Assembly: GCA_963805975.1 (NCBI GenBank)
Contig: CAWDVR010000003.1
Location: forward strand, 800,001-864,000
Length of the DNA stretch: 64,000 bases
Direction of reading: 5' to 3'
Source of the DNA: an uncultured Acidobacteriota bacterium
GTDB lineage: Bacteria > Acidobacteriota > Thermoanaerobaculia > Multivoradales > SZUA-115
Position numbers and translations under genes: made by a program. This document shows, in pieces, positions 1 through 10,124 of the stretch; positions within the stretch are counted from its first letter, which is position 1; each line of letters opens with the position of its first letter. The notes below the pieces were generated by a model that searched no databases, was not told the origin of the DNA, and saw only the letters and a list, made by a program, of their open reading frames with translations.

Positions 1-2
1 AG

Positions 3-19
3 ACTGTGCGGAACACAGT
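3..19. promoter_or_regulatory. Inverted repeat ACTGTG-N5-CACAGT, probable PadR operator
   Basis: Perfect 6-bp arms directly upstream of the PadR gene; the right arm touches a TAGTGT -10-like hexamer at 19-24. Confidence 0.6.
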
Positions 20-31
20 AGTGTGCGCGGC

Positions 32-373
32 ATGGTTGACGCAGACGCTTTCGGTAAGTTGGAGCTCGAGCTGCGACGCGGGGTGGTGGTGTTGGCCACG
101 CTCTCGCAACTGCGCACTCCGCGCTACGGGTATGAGCTGCGGCAGGCATTGGCGGACAAGGGAATGCCGATCGAAGAGGGCACGCTGTATCCGTTGCTGC
201 GCCGCCTGGAAGCGCAGGGTTTGCTGAAAAGCGAGTGGAAGATCGAGGATGGGCCGCCGCGGCGTTACTACTCACTGAATGCGGACGGCCGAAAGTTGCT
301 CAAGAAGCTCACCGAGTCATGGCAGGGCATGAACGACGCAATGGATCGACTCTTGAAAGAAGGCTCACAATGA
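32..373 (+). CDS. PadR family transcriptional regulator
   Basis: wHTH motifs YGYEL, EEGTLYPLLRRLE, PRRYYSL; ATG at 32 lies 7 nt after a TAnnnT hexamer. Confidence 0.93.
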   Translation: MVDADAFGKLELELRRGVVVLATLSQLRTPRYGYELRQALADKGMPIEEGTLYPLLRRLEAQGLLKSEWKIEDGPPRRYYSLNADGRKLLKKLTESWQGMNDAMDRLLKEGSQ

Positions 374-1314
374 ACGCGAATGACTTGATCGAATCCTACG
401 TCACCGACGTCGCCGTGCAGTTGCCCTGCAAGCAACGCAACGATGTGGCGTTCGAATTGCGCGCACTGCTCAAGGAAGAGTTGCAGGCCAAAGCCGAAGC
501 CGCCGGGCGCGGCGTCGATGCAGCCATGGCAACCGAGTTTTTACATGCCTTTGGTCGGCCCATGGAGGTGGCCGCGCGCTATCGTCCAACGCTGACCATC
601 ATCGATCCCGCGGACGGCCCCAGATTTCTGCGTGCGGCTGTCATCGGCCTGGCGGTGATCTGGTGCATGGGGCTGTTGATGAGCCTGCGGCCCATCGATT
701 CCGGATGGGACCTTCTCAGCGTTCTTGGCCCGTGGTGGGTAGGCACAGTGATTCCTTCCCTGTGGTGGCCAGGTGTGTTGGTCGTGTACTTCGGTATAGC
801 CTCGTGGGTCCGCCGCCGATGGCCGCAAACCTCAGAGTGGAAGCCGCGTGCGGGGGATCTCTCTCACGGCAGCCGCGCAGGGATGGCGATGGGACTCGTC
901 GGCATCGTATGCGGGGTCTTCGTGCTCATCGATCCCAGTTGGTTGTTGGATGTCTTTTGGGGCGGTCGAGCGGCGCCTTCGGCGTATGAGGCGCTCACTT
1001 ACACCGATACGTTTCTCCAGCGACAAGCGCCTTGGCTGCTGGTGCTTCTCGTGCTCAATATTCCCCTGTTCATCGCCGTCATTGTAAAAGGTCGCCGGTC
1101 GGCCCTGATGCAACGCCTTGAAACGGGACTGAGCCTGGTCCTCTGTGCGGTGATGGCGTGGACCGTCCTGGATGGTCCGGTATTCATGGCGCCAAGCAGC
1201 GATCGAACGGTCAAGTTTTTTCTGGTGCTCATCACCGTCTTCACGCTCGTGATTCTCGCCATCCAACTGCACCGGAGCGTCAGGCCAGCTCCGAACCAAC
1301 AGATTCGAGCCTAG
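370..1314 (+). CDS. PadR-associated membrane protein (N-terminal HAAS-like helical domain plus several TM helices)
   Basis: ATGA overlap with padR stop; LIESYVTDVA..RNDVAFELRALL..FGRP N-terminus, then multiple hydrophobic segments. Confidence 0.78.
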   Translation: MNANDLIESYVTDVAVQLPCKQRNDVAFELRALLKEELQAKAEAAGRGVDAAMATEFLHAFGRPMEVAARYRPTLTIIDPADGPRFLRAAVIGLAVIWCMGLLMSLRPIDSGWDLLSVLGPWWVGTVIPSLWWPGVLVVYFGIASWVRRRWPQTSEWKPRAGDLSHGSRAGMAMGLVGIVCGVFVLIDPSWLLDVFWGGRAAPSAYEALTYTDTFLQRQAPWLLVLLVLNIPLFIAVIVKGRRSALMQRLETGLSLVLCAVMAWTVLDGPVFMAPSSDRTVKFFLVLITVFTLVILAIQLHRSVRPAPNQQIRA

Positions 1315-1318
1315 TCCA

Positions 1319-3109
1319 TCAAGAGAGTCCCCCCGGCCCTGCCGGGGGATAGTTACCGAGCGGCGACGGCTTGGCGATCGCGGTCCGCAGCTCGGCGAGC
1401 GGCAGGGTGTTGAGCACGTCCGCTGGCTCGAGCCAGGCGCGGCGCGCCTGCTCGATGCCGTAGCGGGCGAGCGCCAAGTCCTGGGCGAGGTGGGAGTCGG
1501 TCGAGATGGTGATCTTGACCCCCAGCTTCTTCGCCAGCATGAGGTGCGTGTCCTTCAGGTCCAGGCGCTCCGGGTGGCTGTTGAGCTCCACCGCCACCCG
1601 GTGCTGGGCGCAGGCGTGGAGCACCTCGTCGAGGTCGAACTCGAAGGGCTTGCGCTTGCCGATCAGGCGGCCGGTGGGATGGGCGAGGACTTGCACCCGC
1701 GGGTGCTCCACGGCTTTCAGGATGCGGCGCGTCTGCTCGGCCGCCGGCAGCTCGAAGCGCGAGTGGACCGAGACCAGCACCAGGTCCAGCTTCTCGATCA
1801 TTTTCTCCTCGAGGTCGAGGCTGCCGTCGGCCAGGATGTCGATCTCCATGCTCTTGAGGAGGGTGATCTCCGGGTGGCGCGCCTGCACCTCGTCGATCTC
1901 CACCCACTGGCGGGCGAGCTTCTCGGCGTTCATGCCGCCGGTCATGGCCAGTGACTTGCTGTGGTCGGTGAGCGCGAAGTACTCGTAGCCGCGCGCCGCG
2001 CAGGCCAGGAGCATCTCCTCGACCGAGTTCCGGCCGTCCGACCAGGTGGAGTGCATCTGGAGGTCACCGCGCAGGTCGCGCTCGGTGATCAGCCACGGCA
2101 GGCGGCCGAGAGCGGCGGCCTCGATCTCGCCGCGGTCCTCGCGCAGCTCGGGCGGGATCCACGGCAGGCCGACGGCGTCGTAGATCTCCGCCTCCTCGCG
2201 CCCGCACACCCAGCCGGGGCCGCCGGGAGCGGTCACGAATTCGGTGCCGGCGGCGAAGATGCCGTACTCGTTGAGCTTCACGTCGCGCGCCAGGGCCCGC
2301 TGGCGCAGCTTCACGTTGTGGTCCTTGGAGCCCGTGAAGTAGACCAGCGCCGCGCCGTAGCTGTCGCGCGGCACCACCCGCAGGTCCACCTGGAGGCCCG
2401 AGCCGAGCACGATCGACGAGCGCGTGTCGCCCGCGTTCTCGACCCGCGCCGCCATGGCGCAGGAGGTGAAGGCCGCCATCACCGGGCCCGGGTTCGAGGC
2501 CACGGCCAGGAGGTCGATGTCGCCCACCGTCTCACGGCGCCGGCGCCAGCTCCCCGCCACCTCCAGGCGCTCCACCTCGGGCAGGCCCTTGAGCAGCTCG
2601 ACCAGCGGCAGCACCAGGCGGTCGGCGTAGTCGATCCGGAAGCGGCCGGTGTGCTTCTTGTAGTCGGCGAGGCCCTGGAGGATCTTCTGCTGGCTCTTCT
2701 CGCCGAAGCCCGCGAGCGCCGCCACCCGGCCCTCGGTGGCGGCGGCCTCCAGCTCGCCGACGGAGGTGACCCCCAGCTCTTCCCAAAGCCGCTTGGCCTT
2801 CTTGGGGCCCACGGAAGGCAGGCGCATCAGCTCGAGGAGACCGCGGGGCACGGTGGCGGCCAGGTCTTCGAGGATCGACAGCCGCCCGGTGGCGACCATC
2901 TCGGCGATGTGCGCCGCCATCTCCTTGCCGATGCCCGGCAGCTCGGTCAGCTCGCGGCCCTCGGCAATCCAGCGCGCGCAGGGCGTGGTCAGCACCTCCA
3001 CGGTGCTCGCCGCCTTGCGATAGGCGCGCACCCGGAACGGGTTGGCGGCCGAGATCTCGAGCAGATCGGCCACCTCGTCGAGCCGGTGCTGGATCTCGGC
3101 GTTGTCCAT
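1319..3109 (-). CDS. polX: DNA polymerase X family / PHP 3'-5' exonuclease
   Basis: NPFRVRAY, HhH motifs (LPGIG, LPSVGPK), GSWRR..GDIDLL, VDLR, YFTGSK; C-terminal PHP (QMHS, TDH, AHPTGR, TDSH). Confidence 0.95.
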   Translation of the reverse strand: MDNAEIQHRLDEVADLLEISAANPFRVRAYRKAASTVEVLTTPCARWIAEGRELTELPGIGKEMAAHIAEMVATGRLSILEDLAATVPRGLLELMRLPSVGPKKAKRLWEELGVTSVGELEAAATEGRVAALAGFGEKSQQKILQGLADYKKHTGRFRIDYADRLVLPLVELLKGLPEVERLEVAGSWRRRRETVGDIDLLAVASNPGPVMAAFTSCAMAARVENAGDTRSSIVLGSGLQVDLRVVPRDSYGAALVYFTGSKDHNVKLRQRALARDVKLNEYGIFAAGTEFVTAPGGPGWVCGREEAEIYDAVGLPWIPPELREDRGEIEAAALGRLPWLITERDLRGDLQMHSTWSDGRNSVEEMLLACAARGYEYFALTDHSKSLAMTGGMNAEKLARQWVEIDEVQARHPEITLLKSMEIDILADGSLDLEEKMIEKLDLVLVSVHSRFELPAAEQTRRILKAVEHPRVQVLAHPTGRLIGKRKPFEFDLDEVLHACAQHRVAVELNSHPERLDLKDTHLMLAKKLGVKITISTDSHLAQDLALARYGIEQARRAWLEPADVLNTLPLAELRTAIAKPSPLGNYPPAGPGGLS

Positions 3110-3261
3110 GGGAGAAAGGCTATCTCAGAAGAGCGGGGAGCTTTTCTGGCCAGGAGAGTCCGAGCAGGGCGCTTCACCCCGCCACGAGCCCTCCGGTGAG
3201 GGCCGCCTGCGCTGGAGAGGAGTAGAGTCCGGGACTGGGAGAGAACACCGAGGAGGTTGCC

Positions 3262-5821
<2,560 letters not shown>

Positions 5822-5847
5822 CTAGCATGGCGCCAAGGCCGGGCCCT

Positions 5848-5875
5848 GGGGCCTTCTCTCTCGCGAGAAGGCCCC
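5848..5875 (-). terminator. Stem-loop after the 5896-6786 gene
   Basis: GGGGCCTTCTC-N6-GAGAAGGCCCC perfect 11-bp stem 20 nt past the stop; no clear U-tract. Confidence 0.5.
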
Positions 5876-5895
5876 GCCGCTCTCGCCTCCTTACC

Positions 5896-6786
5896 TCACG
5901 GGCAAGGGTTGCCGGACGGCCAGCACTGGCCGTCGCACACACCGCCGATGACCACTCCGCAGCACTTCTTCCCGCTGGGGCAGGCCGATGCCGGCGGAGG
6001 GGTGTAGATCGGTCGCGGGTTGCCGCAGGTCCAGCCCGGAGGGTTCCTGATCCGGTTGGCCATGCGGCTGTTCGACTCGCTCTTGGCGGCGTTGGTGATG
6101 GCGACCGGCACCCACCATTCGGCGAACTCGGACAGGTCACAGAGGTACTCGATCTGGATCTGGTTCATCGAATGCTTGTGGCCGGCGAGCGAGCCGTACG
6201 AGTACTGCCCCAGCAGGTGGTTGAGCCAGTCGTCCGTGCAGTCCTCCGAGCAGTTGCTCCCCGGGTTGTTCGCGCCGTGGCTGAACCGCCAGTACGTGAT
6301 GTGCGTCGCTTCGTGCACCATGGTCCCGGCTCGCAGGCCGGCGATCCGGTTGTTGAAGCTCAGGCACTGCATCTCCACGCGGTTGGTCTGATACCAGCCG
6401 GCGAAGGCGCTGGCGAAGACGTCGTTGGCGTCCTCCGGCTCGAACCGGAAGTCGTGCTGCGAGCCCCCGGCCCAGCGGTAGTAGTCCACGTCGCTGTGCC
6501 AAGGGCCGAGCGTGCTGTCGCGCAGCCCGTAGGTCAGCAGGATGCCCGAGTCCATCATCTTGGTGAAGGCGTTCGTGGTGTCGCAGGTGTCCCAGCCCCA
6601 GCTCCCGCCCCAATGGCCGGACTGGAGGTTGAAGTAGGAGCGGAACCAGGTGCGGAAGTCTTGCCAGCAGCCGTGTACGTCGAAGAGAGCCTGCTCGGCA
6701 GTCTCCGTGGAGTTGGTGCATACCGCTATCGCGCTCGTGGGCGCGAAGGTAAAGGCGAGTACGAGAAGGGTGGCGATTGTGCGCAT
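5896..6786 (-). CDS. Secreted HEXXH zinc-metalloprotease-like protein with C-terminal 6-Cys module
   Basis: Signal peptide ending AIA; GTMVHEATH; Trp/Cys-rich; Pro linker then CPSGKKCCGVVIGGVCDGQCWPSGNPCP. Confidence 0.75.
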   Translation of the reverse strand: MRTIATLLVLAFTFAPTSAIAVCTNSTETAEQALFDVHGCWQDFRTWFRSYFNLQSGHWGGSWGWDTCDTTNAFTKMMDSGILLTYGLRDSTLGPWHSDVDYYRWAGGSQHDFRFEPEDANDVFASAFAGWYQTNRVEMQCLSFNNRIAGLRAGTMVHEATHITYWRFSHGANNPGSNCSEDCTDDWLNHLLGQYSYGSLAGHKHSMNQIQIEYLCDLSEFAEWWVPVAITNAAKSESNSRMANRIRNPPGWTCGNPRPIYTPPPASACPSGKKCCGVVIGGVCDGQCWPSGNPCP

Positions 6787-6852
6787 GGTCTTCCTATGTG
6801 GAGCTGGATGGTTGGTTTTCTCGGGTGGTGAAGCCGGCTGCTCCGCGGCTCC

Positions 6853-7689
6853 TCAGGGCTTGGCAGAGGCCCACTTCGCCTGCCAGGCACCGAGGCGCTC
6901 CGCGAATGCCTTGGCGTCCATGCCGGGGTGGAAGCGGGGCCGCTCGACGTACGGGTGCAGCTCCGAGGGCAGCAGCGCGTAGAGCTCCTTGGCGGCCTCG
7001 GCGCTGTCGCCGTGGTTCCACATGTAGGCGTCGATCGCCGTCGCGCGGACGTGGGTCGAGGGGTGCTTGAGCATCACTTCTTTCGCCGCCGCATCCGCAT
7101 CTGCCGTGGCCACGAAGGCGATGCCTTCCACGGCCTTCACCTGGACCATCTCTTCGATCTCGCGTGGGCTCAGCCGCTCGCCGCTCCCTTCCTTGGCCGG
7201 CAATGGCGTCCAGACGACCTCTTTCAAGAAAGGGATGGCGTCGGGCCGCCGTAGCTCGCCGACCATCCCGAGGGTGAGGAGGCGCTCCTGCAACGCCTCG
7301 GGGCGCAGCTGCTTGTAGCTCTCGGCGAAGGCGGCCACGATCCGCGGCTGCTGGCTGAGCGCCGCGAGCGTCTCGGTGAGCGCCGGGAGGTCCTCCGAGT
7401 TCGCCCGGAAGAGCTGGGGCAGAAGGCTCTGGAGCGCCCGGCCCAGGTCGGCGGCGGAGGCATCCTTGGAAAGGCCGGCCAGGGTCGAGCGGACGCTCGC
7501 GGCCTCGATGGCGGGAGCTGGCGCCTGGTTCGCTCCCGGGCGCTCCGGAGGAGCCTGCTCGGCTGGCGCCGTCCCGGAGCCCGCGGGTCGTGGCTCGGCC
7601 GCGCTCGCGGCGACCGCCCACGCGCCCAATAGGAGTGAGGCCGTTAAAAATCCCAATGGCGAAAGGTTCTTTTCTCTGGTCATCGTCAT
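6853..7689 (-). CDS. Secreted alpha-helical (HEAT-like) hypothetical protein
   Basis: Signal peptide ending ASA, Pro/Ala linker, HEAT-like segments (LGMVGELRRPDAIPFL, HPSTHVRATAIDA); start 7689 or 7683. Confidence 0.72.
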   Translation of the reverse strand: MTMTREKNLSPLGFLTASLLLGAWAVAASAAEPRPAGSGTAPAEQAPPERPGANQAPAPAIEAASVRSTLAGLSKDASAADLGRALQSLLPQLFRANSEDLPALTETLAALSQQPRIVAAFAESYKQLRPEALQERLLTLGMVGELRRPDAIPFLKEVVWTPLPAKEGSGERLSPREIEEMVQVKAVEGIAFVATADADAAAKEVMLKHPSTHVRATAIDAYMWNHGDSAEAAKELYALLPSELHPYVERPRFHPGMDAKAFAERLGAWQAKWASAKP

Positions 7690-7859
7690 GTTTGCATCAA
7701 TTAGGAATGTAAATAGACATCGCATGCCACGGGCATGCCTCATCTCGGCTTCGGAGGCGGGCCATCCGCGGCCCGTCCTGCCCCGCCGAGCCTTGCTCGT
7801 CGTTGGCCTACTTTTCTAACACGGCGCTCGAAAGCTGCGCAACCCCGCCGTGGGGGCGC

Positions 7860-9446
7860 TTACGCGCAGGTTTGCACGCAGCTCTGCCAGGTGCCCCCGA
7901 AGTCCGCCGGGTCGAGGCAGCGGAGGCTGCCCGGCACCGCTTCACCGCTGCAGCAATCGGTGCTCCGGAGCGTGTCGTCCACGCCGCCGGGAGGGATGCA
8001 GGAGACTGGCCGCGTGCCGCAGATGTGGCGGCAGCTCTCCCAGCTGGTGCCGAAGTCGGCGGCCACCTCGCAGACCGTGCTGCCGAACACCGCGACTCCG
8101 CTGCAGCAGTGGGTGCTCCGGAGCGTGTCGTCCACGCTGCCGTCCGGAACGCAGCGCTGCCCGTCGAGCGGCCCCGGGCCCGGTCCGGGTTGCCGGTGGC
8201 CCACCGAGGCCACCGTCCCCCAGCCCAGGACCGTGAGCAGCAGGGCAGCCGCCGAGCCCAGCGCGAGCGGCCGCCGCCGGGCGCGATGGAAGACGCCGGC
8301 GCGCCGCGGGCCCACGGGCCGCCCGGCGAGATGGCGGCGGACCTCGGCCGCGAGCTCGCCGGCCGTGGCAGGGCGGCGTGCGGGGTCCCTGGCGAGCGCT
8401 CTCGTCACCATGCCGTCCAGGTCGCCGGCGAGGTAGCGCGAGAGCGCGGCCGGGGAGAGGCCGCGAAGCCCGGCGAGCGCCGTTCGCTCGGCCTCGGTTC
8501 CCGCCCGGCGGGCGGCGGCGCTCGGTCGCGGCGGCGGCGCCTCGCGGAGCACCCGGGCGACCTCCTCGAGCGAACCGGACGGCGCGCTGTGAGGAAGCCG
8601 CCCGGTGAGCAGGCGGTAGAGCAGCACGCCCAGGGAGAAGACGTCGCTCGCCGGGGTGATCGCCCGGCCCTCGACCTGCTCCGGGCTCGCGTACTGCGGC
8701 GTCAGCACCCGCACCCAGGTGCCGGTGGTCTCGGCCTGGGTGAGCGCCTCGGGGTCGAGCAGCTTGGCGATTCCGAAGTCGAGCAGCTTGGGCACGCCGG
8801 CGGGGGTCACAAGGATGTTGGCGGGTTTGAGGTCGCGGTGCACGATGCCGCGCCGGTGGGCGTGCTCGACGGCGTCGCAGACCGTGGCGAAGAGCCGTAG
8901 CCGCGCCGCGAGGGAGAGCCGCCGGTCGTCGCAGTGGCGGTCGAGCGGCACTCCTTCCACGGGCTCCATGACGAAGTACGGAGTGCCCCTCGCCGTGCCC
9001 ACGTCGTACAGCCGGGCCACGTTCGGGTGCTCGAGGCTGGCCAGGATCCGCCATTCGGTTCGGAACCGCCGTTCGAGCACCCAGGCGCAAGGGGCCTGGC
9101 GGAGCATCTTGAGGGCCACCTCCGGCGCGCAGGGGAGGTCGGAGCGGCGAGCCAGGAACACGTACCCGCTGCCGCCGCGGCCGAGCTCCCGCAGGATCTC
9201 GTAGGGCCCCACCCGCTCGCCGGGGCGCGGTTCGGGGGCGGACCGGACGTGAAGCTCGCCCAGGAAAGCGCCGCAGCCGGCGTCCGCGGCGAGCAGCTCT
9301 TCGACCTCGCGCCGCAGGCCACCGCTTTCGCCACCGGCACGGTTCTCGCCGCAGGCACGGTCGAGGGCCGCGGCCCGCTCCTCGTCCGGCAGGCCCAGGA
9401 TCTCCTCGAAGATCAGCGCGGCCTGGCGGGCCTGTTCAGGCGTCAC
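7860..9446 (-). CDS. Membrane Ser/Thr protein kinase with two C-terminal 6-Cys repeats
   Basis: LGRGGSG, VALK, HRDLKPAN, DFG, YASPEQ; TM helix PLALGSAAALLLTVLGWG; GTG start overlaps the sigma gene 3' end. Confidence 0.92.
   Translation of the reverse strand: MTPEQARQAALIFEEILGLPDEERAAALDRACGENRAGGESGGLRREVEELLAADAGCGAFLGELHVRSAPEPRPGERVGPYEILRELGRGGSGYVFLARRSDLPCAPEVALKMLRQAPCAWVLERRFRTEWRILASLEHPNVARLYDVGTARGTPYFVMEPVEGVPLDRHCDDRRLSLAARLRLFATVCDAVEHAHRRGIVHRDLKPANILVTPAGVPKLLDFGIAKLLDPEALTQAETTGTWVRVLTPQYASPEQVEGRAITPASDVFSLGVLLYRLLTGRLPHSAPSGSLEEVARVLREAPPPRPSAAARRAGTEAERTALAGLRGLSPAALSRYLAGDLDGMVTRALARDPARRPATAGELAAEVRRHLAGRPVGPRRAGVFHRARRRPLALGSAAALLLTVLGWGTVASVGHRQPGPGPGPLDGQRCVPDGSVDDTLRSTHCCSGVAVFGSTVCEVAADFGTSWESCRHICGTRPVSCIPPGGVDDTLRSTDCCSGEAVPGSLRCLDPADFGGTWQSCVQTCA
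7863..8153 (-). repeat. Two tandem 46-aa six-cysteine repeats in the kinase ectodomain
   Basis: CVPDGSVDDTLRSTHCCSG..SCRHICG and CIPPGGVDDTLRSTDCCSG..SCVQTCA; 153-nt period. Confidence 0.92.
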
Positions 9447-10008
9447 GCCGGGGCTCCGCCGCGAGGAATCGGAACAGCCAGGCACGGGCGGCCCGCCAGC
9501 GGCGGGTGACCGTGGGCACCGAGACGCCGAGCGCCTCGCCGATCTCCTCGGCCGAGAAGCCGGCGAAGACGCGGAGCTCCACCACCCGCGCCTGGTCGGG
9601 TGCCACGCTGGCCAGGCGTTCGAGCGCTTGGTCCAGCTCGAGGAGGCCGGCCCGTGGCGGGCTCGAAGGCAGCCGTGCCTCTTCGAGCGGGACGGCCGCT
9701 CGGGCGGCGCCCCGCTTCTGGTAGCCGCGGGTCCGGGCGTGGTCGACCAGCACCCGCCGCATGGTGGTGGCGGCGATGGCGAAGAACTGGCCGCGGCTGT
9801 GGCACTCCACGCTGTGCTGCCGCGCCAGACGCAGGTAGACCTCGTGGACCAGCGCCGCGGTCTCGAGCGTGTGATCACCGCGCTCGCGCCGCAGGTGGCC
9901 GTGCGCCAGGCGCCGCAGCTCGGCGTAGAGCAGGGGCACGACCCGGGGGAGGGCGCCGGGCTCGCCGTCGCTCCAGAGATCCAACAGCAGAGAGGCTTCG
10001 GAGCCCAT
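9436..10008 (-). CDS. ECF-type sigma-70 factor, kinase-associated (TIGR02999-like)
   Basis: LYAELRRLA..HTLETAALVHEVYLRL, MRRVLVDHAR..KRG, region 4 VVELRVFAGFSAEEIG..TVTRRW. Confidence 0.92.
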   Translation of the reverse strand: MGSEASLLLDLWSDGEPGALPRVVPLLYAELRRLAHGHLRRERGDHTLETAALVHEVYLRLARQHSVECHSRGQFFAIAATTMRRVLVDHARTRGYQKRGAARAAVPLEEARLPSSPPRAGLLELDQALERLASVAPDQARVVELRVFAGFSAEEIGEALGVSVPTVTRRWRAARAWLFRFLAAEPRRDA

Positions 10009-10124
10009 GGGCTTCTTCAAGGCAGAGTGTCGCCCGCCCTGGAAAGGGTGGCAGAGGCTGCCGGGCACCCGGTTGATCAGATCCGCCGCCGGTTGTCGCC
10101 ACGAGCGGAAGACGACCAAGGAGG

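Noticed and set aside
2040-2070. PHP motif QMH instead of HxH in PolX
   Set aside because: A Gln at this position occurs in other bacterial PolX-PHP proteins; not evidence of inactivation
7860-9878. 672-aa kinase ORF with a long N-terminal extension
   Set aside because: The extension is an alternative frame of the ECF gene; kinase-like sequence begins at GTG 9446
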